A DNA stretch of 64,000 nt, from positions 2,528,001 through 2,592,000 of the forward strand of contig OY776510.1 of assembly GCA_963675665.1 (NCBI GenBank), in the 5' to 3' direction. Shown piece after piece: positions 17,965 to 27,433 of the stretch (its first letter is position 1; each line of letters begins with the position of its first letter). The notes under the pieces were generated by a model. The model saw only the letters and a list, made by a program, of their open reading frames with translations. It was not told where the DNA came from and did not search any database. The DNA comes from Spirochaetia bacterium. GTDB taxonomy: Bacteria > Spirochaetota > Spirochaetia > UBA9216. The position numbers and the translations under genes were made by a program.

Positions 17965-19380
17965 ATGAAAGACGGAAAAATCACATTCGGAGTAATTGTT
18001 GGGACCAGGGGGTTTTTCAACCCGGAACTTGCTGCGGAAGGACGGACACAGATTACAGCCCTGCTCGAGGAAAAGGGTTATAACCACGTTATTCTCGGCA
18101 GTTCGGAAACCCCTACCGGTGTTATTGAAGGTTATGACGACGCAAAAAAATGCGCCGCGCTGTTTCGACGCGAACGCGACGTCATAGATGGGATTCTGGT
18201 AATTTTGCCGAATTTCGGTGATGAAATAGGTGTTGTTAATACTTTAAAGGCAGCCGACCTTAATGTTCCGGTAATGGTGCAGGCGTCGAACGATGAAAAC
18301 GATAAAGTGGATGTGCTCCACCGCCGCGATGCGTTCTGCGGCAAGATCTCTGTATGCAACAACCTCTATCAGTACGACATCCCTTTTACAAATACAAGTC
18401 TGCATACATGCAATATTAACTCGGAAGAATTCGCTGCTGATCTCGACCGTTTTGCGGCGGTCTGCCGGATTGTTTCGGGCGTGAAAAAGGCCCGAATAGG
18501 GGCAATAGGAACACGACCGGCTGCTTTTCAAACGGTTCGTTTCAGTGAGAAGTTGCTGCAGGCCTCGGGGGTAACGGTTGTTCCTGTTGATATGTCGGAA
18601 ATTATTGCTGCGGCAGAAAAGCTGGCAGCCACAGATTCTGCGGTTCAGCAGAAACTTGAAGCTATTCACGGTTACGGCCGAATAGCCGTGGGAATTAACA
18701 ATGAGCAGATTGTTCGACAGGCGAAGCTTTCTGTAGTAATTGATAATTTTGTCGCAGAGAATGAGCTTGATGCTACCGCGGTACAATGCTGGGACAGCAT
18801 TCAATATAACTACGGCTGTGCCGCCTGCCTGTCCATGAGCATGATGGGTGAATCGGGACGTCCTTCAGCCTGCGAGATGGATGTTGCGGGAGCTTTATCC
18901 ATGCTGGTTCTGCGGCTGGCCTCCGGTAATTCTCCCGGGTTTCTTGACTGGAACAATAACTTCGACTATAAGGCCGAGAAATGCGTCTGTACGCATTGCA
19001 GTAATTATCCTGCAAGTTTTATGGGTTCGGATATTGAAATTGGACAGCTTGATATTCTCGGCAACACAATAGGAGCCGAGAAGTGTTTCGGGGCAATAAA
19101 GGGCAAGGTAGCTTCGGGCGATATGACCTATTTCAGGCTGTCCACCGACGATACATGGGGAACCATAAAGGCATACGGGGGAGAAGGTGAATTCACCGAT
19201 GATGCTTACGGTATGGACGGCGGAATTGCCGTCTGCCGTGTTCCCGGGCTTAACGATGTTATGAATCATATTTGTATGGAAGGATTTGAACATCATGTAG
19301 CAATGGTCAGGGGACATTGGGTCGGGATAATCGAGGAAGCCCTGGGGAAATACCTTAAGTGGGAATTCGCTCTTCTGTAA
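17965..19380 (+). CDS. L-fucose/L-arabinose isomerase-family sugar isomerase
   Basis: NFGDE, RRDAFCGK, AVQCW, SACEMD, HCS and GFEHHVA. Confidence 0.88.
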   Translation: MKDGKITFGVIVGTRGFFNPELAAEGRTQITALLEEKGYNHVILGSSETPTGVIEGYDDAKKCAALFRRERDVIDGILVILPNFGDEIGVVNTLKAADLNVPVMVQASNDENDKVDVLHRRDAFCGKISVCNNLYQYDIPFTNTSLHTCNINSEEFAADLDRFAAVCRIVSGVKKARIGAIGTRPAAFQTVRFSEKLLQASGVTVVPVDMSEIIAAAEKLAATDSAVQQKLEAIHGYGRIAVGINNEQIVRQAKLSVVIDNFVAENELDATAVQCWDSIQYNYGCAACLSMSMMGESGRPSACEMDVAGALSMLVLRLASGNSPGFLDWNNNFDYKAEKCVCTHCSNYPASFMGSDIEIGQLDILGNTIGAEKCFGAIKGKVASGDMTYFRLSTDDTWGTIKAYGGEGEFTDDAYGMDGGIAVCRVPGLNDVMNHICMEGFEHHVAMVRGHWVGIIEEALGKYLKWEFALL

Positions 19381-19560
19381 AACCGGATTGTTTTTATCGG
19401 AATCGGCCGCAGTTTCTGCGGCCGTAATTAACCACGCTTGTTCATATCGATAAGCTCTTTTGGTGCAGAATATAAAATGATCCCCATATTCAGTAACTTA
19501 TGATAAAATAGCCATCTGACATGTCATTTTGAGAATAAAGTTTATTATACAGGGGGCGGA

Positions 19561-21105
19561 ATGGAATCCCTTTTTGATGTTGTGGTCATCGGTTCGGGGC
19601 TCGGGGGGCTGAGCGCGGCTTTTGAATGCAGCAGGAAAGGTCTGAAAACTCTATTGCTTGAACAGCATAATTTACCCGGCGGGTATGCCTCAAGTTTTGT
19701 TCGCGGACGGTTTGAGTTTGAACCCTCGCTTCATGAGCTTCCCGATATGCGTTCCATCAAAGCCGCTACCGGGGTTATCCGTTACCTGTGTGATGATGCG
19801 GGACTGGACGTTTCCTTTTCTTCGATCCCCGACGCCTACAGGGTTATTCTTACCGATAAGGGAACGGACGTCAGAATGCCTTTCGGTGTTGAAAACCTTA
19901 TTGCAACAATTGCAGCTGAAGTACCCGGAAGTGAGGAGCCCGTCAGAAATTACATGACCCTGTGCCGGGAGGTCCAGGACGCTTTCAAATATCTGAATGA
20001 ACATGCAGATCATCTCAATTTTCGCGAAGTACTCAAAGAGCATGGAAACTTTATCCGTACCGGGGCTGCCACAGCGGCACAGGTTGCTGATTCACTGAAT
20101 GTCCCGGAGGCTGCAAGGGATCTGCTGCTTCCTTACTGGTGCTATCTTGGAGTTCCGGAGAACAGGGTTTCTTTTTCAATCTGGGCGGCCCTGCTTGATG
20201 CATATATATCTTCCGGTGCGGTAATTCCGAAGTTCCGTTCCCATGAGCTTTCGCAGGCGTTTATTGATAAATTCATTAGATCGGGCGGGGAATTCCGGCC
20301 CAACAGCAGGGTGGACCGGGTTATAGCAGAGAGCGGCCGGATAAAGGGTGTTGAGCTGGAAAACGGAGAGGTCATAAATACTCCCGTCGTAATAAGCAAT
20401 ACCTCGCCCACGAATGTTTTTTCAAAACTGGTATATCCGGAAAGTGAAGTCCCGCCGACGGCGTATAAAAATATTAGATCACGTAAAATGGGGTTCAGTC
20501 TGTTTGTCGTATATCTCGGGCTTGATGCGTCTCCGGAAGAACTCGGGCTTACGGATTACAGCTATTTTATTGCGCCCCATATGGATACTGAAAAACTGTA
20601 CCCAGAGGGGAAATCCCTTGATTCAACGGAGATTATGCAGGCTTCGGTTTGTCTTAATATCGGGAATCCGGGCTGTTCGCCTCCGGGGACAACCATCCTG
20701 GCCCTTACGGCGGGACAAAGGGCCGAAGCCTGGGCTGATGTTACCGCCGATTCATATCAGCAGACAAAAGAGATGGTTGCCGAAATAATGATAGACCAGT
20801 TTGAAAAGGCGGTCGGCGCAGATCTCCGTTCACATATTGAAGAAATAGAGATTGCATCGCCGCAGACCTTTGCCAGGTATACCGCGTCCCACGACGGCAT
20901 TGTATACGGGTATGAACCGGAAGTATGGGACGGAATTATCCCCAGGATTTTAAACCGGAAAGAAGAGAACTATATTGACGGGCTTCATTTCTGCGGAGGC
21001 TTTTCGTTCAGATGCCACGGATACGGTAGTTCCATCATGAGCGGAAAGGCTGCGGCAGAGGCTGTGTTTGCTGAATACGGAACGGGGAATATGAATGAAG
21101 GTTGA
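19561..21105 (+). CDS. Phytoene desaturase/retinol saturase-like FAD-dependent oxidoreductase
   Basis: VVVIGSGLGGL dinucleotide fold, EQHNLPGGYASSF.RGRFEFE, FVVYLG, IEIASPQTFARYT..DG.VYG and GLHFCG. Confidence 0.85.
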   Translation: MESLFDVVVIGSGLGGLSAAFECSRKGLKTLLLEQHNLPGGYASSFVRGRFEFEPSLHELPDMRSIKAATGVIRYLCDDAGLDVSFSSIPDAYRVILTDKGTDVRMPFGVENLIATIAAEVPGSEEPVRNYMTLCREVQDAFKYLNEHADHLNFREVLKEHGNFIRTGAATAAQVADSLNVPEAARDLLLPYWCYLGVPENRVSFSIWAALLDAYISSGAVIPKFRSHELSQAFIDKFIRSGGEFRPNSRVDRVIAESGRIKGVELENGEVINTPVVISNTSPTNVFSKLVYPESEVPPTAYKNIRSRKMGFSLFVVYLGLDASPEELGLTDYSYFIAPHMDTEKLYPEGKSLDSTEIMQASVCLNIGNPGCSPPGTTILALTAGQRAEAWADVTADSYQQTKEMVAEIMIDQFEKAVGADLRSHIEEIEIASPQTFARYTASHDGIVYGYEPEVWDGIIPRILNRKEENYIDGLHFCGGFSFRCHGYGSSIMSGKAAAEAVFAEYGTGNMNEG

Positions 21106-22339
21106 GATTAACGGATCTTTCAGGGATATTGTTTCATTTATTGTTCATATAAAAAAGCGAAAGCGGATTTTTAAAAGGGCGAAAGCGTCGCCGGTGGCAC
21201 CGGGGCGGATGAATATGCTCGCCGAAGAGCTGCACCCCCTGTCGCAGAGGCTTATTGTAGATTCGGTTATAACTGAAACTGCCGATGCCAATACCTACAG
21301 GCTTAAAGGGGCGGGGCGGCGCCCGGCATTTTTTATTCCCGGGCAGTATATAAGTATAAGCCTGCAGATAGGCGGGTCAACTCTTGCAAGACCGTTTTCG
21401 ATTTCCTCCATGCCGCAGCAGACCATAGATGCCGGTTATTATGACATAACTGTAAAAAACAGCGACGACGAAGGATTTACCGGCCGGTGGATTATGGAAA
21501 ACTGGAAAACCGGAACCGAGGTAATGTCTTCAGGACCTGCAGGCTCCTTTACCTGGCAAAAACTGCGCGACTGCAGCTCTCTTGTGTGCATAGCCGGCGG
21601 TTCGGGAATTACTCCGTTTAAACCTATTATAAGTTCGCTGCTTTCATCCAACCGGTTTTCCCGGGTGATACTCTTTTATGGTGCCCGCAATTCAAATGAT
21701 CTTATTTTTAAAGATTTCTGGGAAGATACTGTAAAAAAACACGCCGGCAGGTTTTTCCATATTCCTGTTCTGTCTGAACCGGACAACGGCTGGCAGGGAG
21801 AGAAAGGATTTATCACAGCGGAGCTTATAACCCGGACGATAAAATCGGTACCGGGCGGGTTTACAGCCGACGAATGCAGTTACTTTATCTGCGGCCCCGA
21901 AGGGCTTCACAGTTTTATTGATAAGGAACTTTCCGGTCTTGATATCTCCGGCAAACGAATTCGCCGCGAGGAATATGCCGTTAATACCAGAAGCAGCGGC
22001 GTCGGTTCCCCGAGCGGAAAGAGAATTGTTTCCTTAACCGTCAGGCAGGGAGACAGTAATCTTGAAATAAAGGCTGATCCGGATGAAACTGTTCTTGTAG
22101 CCCTGGAAAGGGCGGGGCTGGACCCCCCGTCGCTCTGCCGGACCGGAGAATGCGGCTGGTGCCGGAGCAGGCTTGTTTCGGGAAAGATATCCGGGAACAA
22201 AAAGCCGGGACGAAGGTCTGGATTGCGAATGGCGGATGAGAAGTTCGGGTATTTTCATCCCTGCTCGGCATTTCCCGAAAGCGATCTGGTAATTGAGATC
22301 CCGCCGAATCCCGTAAAAAACTTAAGGAGTAGTTTATGA
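21095..22339 (+). CDS. FAD/NAD-binding oxidoreductase with C-terminal 2Fe-2S ferredoxin (Hcr/PaaE/Rv3230c architecture)
   Basis: FIPGQY, RPFSISS, GPAGSF, IAGGSGITPF, YFICGP and CRTGECGWC...HPC. Confidence 0.9.
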   Translation: MKVEINGSFRDIVSFIVHIKKRKRIFKRAKASPVAPGRMNMLAEELHPLSQRLIVDSVITETADANTYRLKGAGRRPAFFIPGQYISISLQIGGSTLARPFSISSMPQQTIDAGYYDITVKNSDDEGFTGRWIMENWKTGTEVMSSGPAGSFTWQKLRDCSSLVCIAGGSGITPFKPIISSLLSSNRFSRVILFYGARNSNDLIFKDFWEDTVKKHAGRFFHIPVLSEPDNGWQGEKGFITAELITRTIKSVPGGFTADECSYFICGPEGLHSFIDKELSGLDISGKRIRREEYAVNTRSSGVGSPSGKRIVSLTVRQGDSNLEIKADPDETVLVALERAGLDPPSLCRTGECGWCRSRLVSGKISGNKKPGRRSGLRMADEKFGYFHPCSAFPESDLVIEIPPNPVKNLRSSL

Positions 22340-23196
22340 AGATTGTTGCTGATTCAGCGCTGCAGCTGGAGCAGGAAACCGTTAAAAGTCTCGGACTGAA
22401 GGTTGTCGAATATCCTATGTATCTGAACGGCGAAGATTATCCTGTTTCGATGTCGATGAGCCGCTCGGAGAAAGATGAACTCAGAATGCTTCTGAAGGAT
22501 AAAAACAACAAGATTACTACTTCCGGTCTGAGGGAACGCGATCTGAAGGAGATATATCTTTCCTGCAGGAAAGATAAGATAATCTCAATTCACCAGTCCG
22601 GCAGGGCCTCTACAGCTTCTTCGGCCATGATAAACCGGGTACTGACTGACAACCCTGAGCTGGATGTGACCTTTATCGATGCCCATCACCTTACCGCTGC
22701 CTACTCGGTTATCGTTCAGCAGGTTGCAGAGGCTGTTGCAGCCGGGATGGAGTTTGATGAACTGATGAGATATATCGAAACAATTCGTGATAATACCAGG
22801 CACCTGGGCGTCGTGTACGACCTCTTTTACCTGCACCGGACCGGGCGAATAGGTCTGGCCAAAGCCGTTATGGGGTCCGCAATGAAAATTATTGCCCTGC
22901 TTGGTTCTTCCGATGAACCCGGGGTCCTTGTATCCATAGGCAAGGTAAAAAATCATATCCAGGCGAATACTAAATTTGCGGCCCTGGTAAAAGAGGATAT
23001 GGAGAAGAAAAACGGCAAACGGGTCAGGTGTGTTATTTCAGTCATCGGACCTCATGAAAAGGAAGCGGAAGACCTTAAGAACAGGCTTGAAGAGCTGGAT
23101 TTTCCTGTTCATGCCGAGGTACACTACTCAAACCATTCAAATATGCCCCACGCGGGGCCTGATTTCTATGATCTGGGGTATACGATCCATGCCTAG
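22336..23196 (+). CDS. DegV/FakB fatty-acid-binding protein (divergent)
   Basis: MKIVADS, ITTSG, ISIHQS, L.YLHRTGRIG and H.GP. Confidence 0.85.
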   Translation: MKIVADSALQLEQETVKSLGLKVVEYPMYLNGEDYPVSMSMSRSEKDELRMLLKDKNNKITTSGLRERDLKEIYLSCRKDKIISIHQSGRASTASSAMINRVLTDNPELDVTFIDAHHLTAAYSVIVQQVAEAVAAGMEFDELMRYIETIRDNTRHLGVVYDLFYLHRTGRIGLAKAVMGSAMKIIALLGSSDEPGVLVSIGKVKNHIQANTKFAALVKEDMEKKNGKRVRCVISVIGPHEKEAEDLKNRLEELDFPVHAEVHYSNHSNMPHAGPDFYDLGYTIHA

Positions 23197-24787
23197 TCAT
23201 GTTCTTGAATGCGGAGATTTCACAAGGGCGTTTTTCACCAGCGCCGAACATCTCAATGTCAATCTGAAAGTCCTTGACAACCTTAACGTATTCCCTGTTC
23301 CCGACGGAGATACGGGCGCCAATATGTGCGCTACCTTTATTCCGGCGGTGAAAAATCTTAAGGGCGGAAGGATCCTGTCCTGCAGGGACATCGGCGACAT
23401 CATTGTTCCGAAAATGGACAATCACAGCCGCGGTAATTCGGGATTTATAATCTCCAGGTTTTTCAAGGGATTTTTCTCATGTATGAACCAGGACTCCGCC
23501 CTGACAATGGACAGAATTCGGGACGGATTTTCCAGGGGATATTTTGAAGCGCATACCGCCCTTTTTAATCCTGTGGAAGGAACTATGATCTCGGTGATTT
23601 CTTCAATGAATGAAGCGATTACAGGCTGGAGCGGCAATTCCATAAGGGAATGTCTTGAACATGCCGTGGCTGAAGCAAGAAAAACTCTTTTCAGAACGCC
23701 TGAGATGCTTCCGGTGCTTGCCCGCGCCGGGGTCGTCGACAGCGGCGCGCTGGGATTTATATGCATTATAGAAGGTCTGCTTCTGGGGTTGAGCAGCAGG
23801 AGTCCTTTCAGGGAAATAGAATCGGAGTACAGGTTCAGCCCGGACCCCGACGCCGGTTCGGATGATGTCAGTCTGAAACCGGGGCAGTTCTGCACAGAAT
23901 TAACGATGAAGCTTGAGCATAACTTCCCTGAAAAGGAAATTCGCGAGTATCTGGTAGAGATGGGAAACTCGATAGCCCTTGTAAGGGAGAATGATTTTGT
24001 AAAACTGCATATTCATACTGATTTTCCTGATCAGCTGATTAATAAATTTGAACAGTTCGGGACCATAACGGACAGAAAAATTGATGATATATATGCCCAG
24101 ATTAAGGGGGGCAAGGGCAGCGGAGAGGCCTTCAGAGGCTGTGAAGTCCTGCCCTGTGTTCCCGGCCCGGGGTTTAAAAAAATATTCAACGATCTCGGCA
24201 TTGAGAACGTTCTTGTTTACGGTCCGTCGCTGCCGTCCGCCAGGGAGATCCTCGAAGCTGTCGATAAAGCCGGGGTTGAAGATCTGATTCTTCTTCCGAA
24301 CGACAGTAACATTCTTCCTGCATGCATGACGGCCAAAGAGAAAAGCGGCAAGCATATCTCAATCATCCCTTCGGGAGATATTGTTCAGGGGCTGACCGCC
24401 TGCTACGGGTTCAGCGAGAACGAGGAACTTGAAGTAAATACAGTTTCCATGACAGACTGCCTCGGTATGGCCGATTCGTTTTTCATGTACAAAAGCGCTG
24501 CCGATCGGAGTTTCGGCGGGATTGATATCAGAAAGGACCATTATTTTCTGGTTAAGGGAAAGGACATCCTGTCTGTGGATATCGATTACTGCCGCGCAGT
24601 CATGAACGGGCTTGAAAAAGCTGATACAGACCAGAAAGGCAACATCACCCTTTTCTACAGGGAAGCGGAAGGCGGGGCTGAGCTGGAAGAACTCAGGACG
24701 CTTATTACCGAAAAATTTCCTCACCTGGAACTGGAACTGATTTTCGGAGGGCAGAGCCGGGGAGAGTTGATTATTGCTCTTGAATAA
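23189..24787 (+). CDS. DAK2-domain fatty acid kinase catalytic subunit (FakA/YloV-like)
   Basis: LNVFPVPDGDTGANM, RGNSG, PVEGTM, AGVVDSGALG, FCTE, KLHIHT, ILLPNDSN and GGQ. Confidence 0.9.
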   Translation: MPSHVLECGDFTRAFFTSAEHLNVNLKVLDNLNVFPVPDGDTGANMCATFIPAVKNLKGGRILSCRDIGDIIVPKMDNHSRGNSGFIISRFFKGFFSCMNQDSALTMDRIRDGFSRGYFEAHTALFNPVEGTMISVISSMNEAITGWSGNSIRECLEHAVAEARKTLFRTPEMLPVLARAGVVDSGALGFICIIEGLLLGLSSRSPFREIESEYRFSPDPDAGSDDVSLKPGQFCTELTMKLEHNFPEKEIREYLVEMGNSIALVRENDFVKLHIHTDFPDQLINKFEQFGTITDRKIDDIYAQIKGGKGSGEAFRGCEVLPCVPGPGFKKIFNDLGIENVLVYGPSLPSAREILEAVDKAGVEDLILLPNDSNILPACMTAKEKSGKHISIIPSGDIVQGLTACYGFSENEELEVNTVSMTDCLGMADSFFMYKSAADRSFGGIDIRKDHYFLVKGKDILSVDIDYCRAVMNGLEKADTDQKGNITLFYREAEGGAELEELRTLITEKFPHLELELIFGGQSRGELIIALE

Positions 24788-24820
24788 CGGAAGCTGTTTT
24801 TAAAGAAGGAATGATAATAA

Positions 24821-25486
24821 ATGAATGTTCAATATGTTGTTGTATCAGTTATTTCGATAATTGCCGGATATCTGTCAGGATCGGTTAATTACGCCATTCC
24901 TGTTACAAGGATGGTTATCGGCAAGGATATCAGGACCATAGGCAACCACAACCCGGGGACATCCAATGTTGTCCGTGAGGTCGGTGCAGCCTGGGGCGTT
25001 TTAGTCGGGTTTCTTGACGGCATGAAGGGGCTTGTTCCCGTATTAATACTGAGGATTGTGTTTTTCAGCGGGGACAGCGGGATCGATTTTTTTATCCTTT
25101 ATCTTACGGGTTTTGCCGCGGTTATCGGACACTGCAAATCCGTGTTCCTGAAATTTAAAGGCGGCGGCGGTATCGGCACAATGCTTGGGGTATCACTGTT
25201 CTTTGTTCCGGTTGAATTCCTCTTTTCGATGTTCCTGGGAGGGCTGATCGTGCTGATCTTTTTCAGGAATGCAAAGTACCGGTTCGGCCAGAAAACGCCG
25301 ATCTTTTTTGTAACCCTTACGCCGTTTGTGACCCTGGCGTCTTCCCTGATTATGGATATACGCCTGTTCGCGCATATTTCGATAGGGGGACATAACTGGG
25401 GCACCATAGCAGGCGCCTTTGTTATGTCCCTCGGCATTCTGTCGTTTAATCTGAAATTTCTTACTTCAAAATCCGGAAAGAGGTAG
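24821..25486 (+). CDS. plsY: Acyl-phosphate:glycerol-3-phosphate acyltransferase
   Basis: GYLSGS, DIRTIGNHNPGTSNV.R, LDGMKG and GH...FLKFKGGGG. Confidence 0.88.
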   Translation: MNVQYVVVSVISIIAGYLSGSVNYAIPVTRMVIGKDIRTIGNHNPGTSNVVREVGAAWGVLVGFLDGMKGLVPVLILRIVFFSGDSGIDFFILYLTGFAAVIGHCKSVFLKFKGGGGIGTMLGVSLFFVPVEFLFSMFLGGLIVLIFFRNAKYRFGQKTPIFFVTLTPFVTLASSLIMDIRLFAHISIGGHNWGTIAGAFVMSLGILSFNLKFLTSKSGKR

Positions 25487-25519
25487 ATGCGGCTGCATAA
25501 ACAGCAGCCGTTCTTCGAA

Positions 25520-25822
25520 CTAGTCTCTCCGTTTATGGCTGGCGCCTTTTGATCCTCCGCCATAGAAAATGGAGATCCCGATAATGAATCCGAAATTATA
25601 CCAGCCGCCGTTATTATAAACCTCGTATACGTTTACCTTGTCGCTGAAGATAGAGATAATAAACGTAAAAAGCGATATCAATCCGTGCCAAAGCCCGAGC
25701 AGAAATCCGGCGGGTTTATCTTCCTTAACAGACTGTTCCAGCACATTCGGTCCGGCTGCGCAGCCTATGAGCACTATTGCCGCAGTAATTAAAATGAATA
25801 ACAGAAGTTTCTTTTTGTTCAT
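25520..25822 (-). CDS. Small conserved membrane lipoprotein, function unknown
   Basis: Lipobox LIGC, PAGFLLGLWHG, VYEVYNNGGWYNFGF. AGGGGA RBS. Confidence 0.7.
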   Translation of the reverse strand: MNKKKLLLFILITAAIVLIGCAAGPNVLEQSVKEDKPAGFLLGLWHGLISLFTFIISIFSDKVNVYEVYNNGGWYNFGFIIGISIFYGGGSKGASHKRRD

Positions 25823-25906
25823 ACAATTCCCCTTGAATCAGAATTTAATAAGTAATCAAGTCTCTATTAAACACCTCATACTATTAAAAGTGTTACCTTA
25901 ATATTT

Positions 25907-27343
25907 TTAAAGTTCTGTTTCTTCGGGATACCAGATACTGGTTTTATGTTTGAATGACCTTTTGCCTGCATATTTAAGGAAAAATAATCCGGTAAAAAGC
26001 AGGTAAGCAACATTTATCAGAACCGCTATCCAGAACCATTTGAAATCACCGGTGGTGTAGGTATGAAGAGGTAAATTCATGGTAAGAACATACGGCATGG
26101 CAAAAACAAACGTAATGGCTGATGCATAGGTATAGTCGGTGGCAACGGGAGTTTCAAAATCCGGGTCAACAACACGAAGAAGAGCAAGACCTGTAGATAA
26201 TGTTCCGGTTGAAACCCCGAACACCAGCAGGGTCCTTAAAAACCTGTGATCTGAAAAAATTCTTGATGAGTACCAGAGAGTTGTAAATGCAACGACAACT
26301 GCTCCGATAACCGCAGTTATAATAATCGGCGCCCAGTAATTCATTATAACGACTATTGAAATTGCCGCAATTGCACTGGCCACCATTACGTCTACAAAAA
26401 TACCGGTAAGTCTGTTCATGGTCATATTGTCAACAATATATTGCTTGTCTGTGGCTTTCAGTATTTGACGCAGCAGCAGTCCCGCAAGCGCGGCGAATAT
26501 AAAACTGAGGCCCCAGAATGTATCCGCCAGCCTTTCGCCGGTCGGTCCGAGAAACGAGAGAAGATAGTCCAGTCCTTTCAGCGTAAGGAATGCGGCAAAA
26601 TAACCCAGCAGAACAAGGGCCAGGTTCAGGGTCAGGGTGTCGATCGCTTCAGTTTCAGTAGTAAGAAATGAACCCGGTTTGAGTTTGGCTCCTTTCGGAT
26701 GTATTCCCGGGCGCAGGTCCTTATCCTTTAAAAAACTTACCTGCTCTTCGGGTATCCAGTTCTTTTTAAGGCCGATATTGATCATTAGAATACCGCCGAA
26801 ACTGCACAATATGAATCCCAGTGCGGCAAATGTCAGTCCTATGCTCCCGGCGCCTTCTACACCGAATGCTTTCCAGCTTTCTCCTATCGAATATGCCTGG
26901 CCCGGGCCCTGGGCGAACCCCAAAGGAAGCAGGTAGCCGAAGCTGTGAAATAAATCGGGCTTGATGGTTTTTATAAATACAAAGGTCAGGATAAGTCCAA
27001 TAAAACCCTGCACGCCGAACTGGAACAGTACGGAGAGCGAGGTGCCGAATATTCTGCCTTTTCCCGGTTTTTTTCGCGGCAGGGCTTTCAACGACAATGC
27101 GACGAACGAAAGGCTCAGCAGGTGATACGCCATTTCGCCCAGATCTACCGTCGACAGCCCGATATGCGGAAATACAAAATTATATAACGGCAGCAGCATA
27201 AAGCCTGCAAGCAGCGAATTCGGTATCAGGTATCTTTGAAAAAAGTTAACTTTTGTTCTGATAATAGTGGCAAGAAGAAGAGCCGCGGATATAATTCCGA
27301 GATTTATAAACACTGACCATTGATAACTCATGTAAAACCTCAT
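25907..27343 (-). CDS. GltS-like sodium:glutamate symporter-family transporter
   Basis: About 12 TMs. FQRYLIPNSLLAG, GFAQGPG and GVSTGT.STG.ALLRVVDP. Confidence 0.8.
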   Translation of the reverse strand: MRFYMSYQWSVFINLGIISAALLLATIIRTKVNFFQRYLIPNSLLAGFMLLPLYNFVFPHIGLSTVDLGEMAYHLLSLSFVALSLKALPRKKPGKGRIFGTSLSVLFQFGVQGFIGLILTFVFIKTIKPDLFHSFGYLLPLGFAQGPGQAYSIGESWKAFGVEGAGSIGLTFAALGFILCSFGGILMINIGLKKNWIPEEQVSFLKDKDLRPGIHPKGAKLKPGSFLTTETEAIDTLTLNLALVLLGYFAAFLTLKGLDYLLSFLGPTGERLADTFWGLSFIFAALAGLLLRQILKATDKQYIVDNMTMNRLTGIFVDVMVASAIAAISIVVIMNYWAPIIITAVIGAVVVAFTTLWYSSRIFSDHRFLRTLLVFGVSTGTLSTGLALLRVVDPDFETPVATDYTYASAITFVFAMPYVLTMNLPLHTYTTGDFKWFWIAVLINVAYLLFTGLFFLKYAGKRSFKHKTSIWYPEETEL

Positions 27344-27433
27344 TTATAGTTTGCGCTGTATATGAAAAATCTATTATAATTATTGATGGGATTTAAGAAT
27401 ATTGCAACAAGGAATTCACTACAGGAGTATCGT

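Noticed and set aside
17788-18087. 100-aa N-terminal extension of the transketolase ORF in the track
   Set aside because: It runs through the promoter region and overlaps the divergent isomerase. The RBS supports a start at 17787.
19561-21105. Carotenoid biosynthesis (crtI) interpretation
   Set aside because: No phytoene synthase or GGPP synthase is nearby. The context is fatty-acid activation and acyl transfer.
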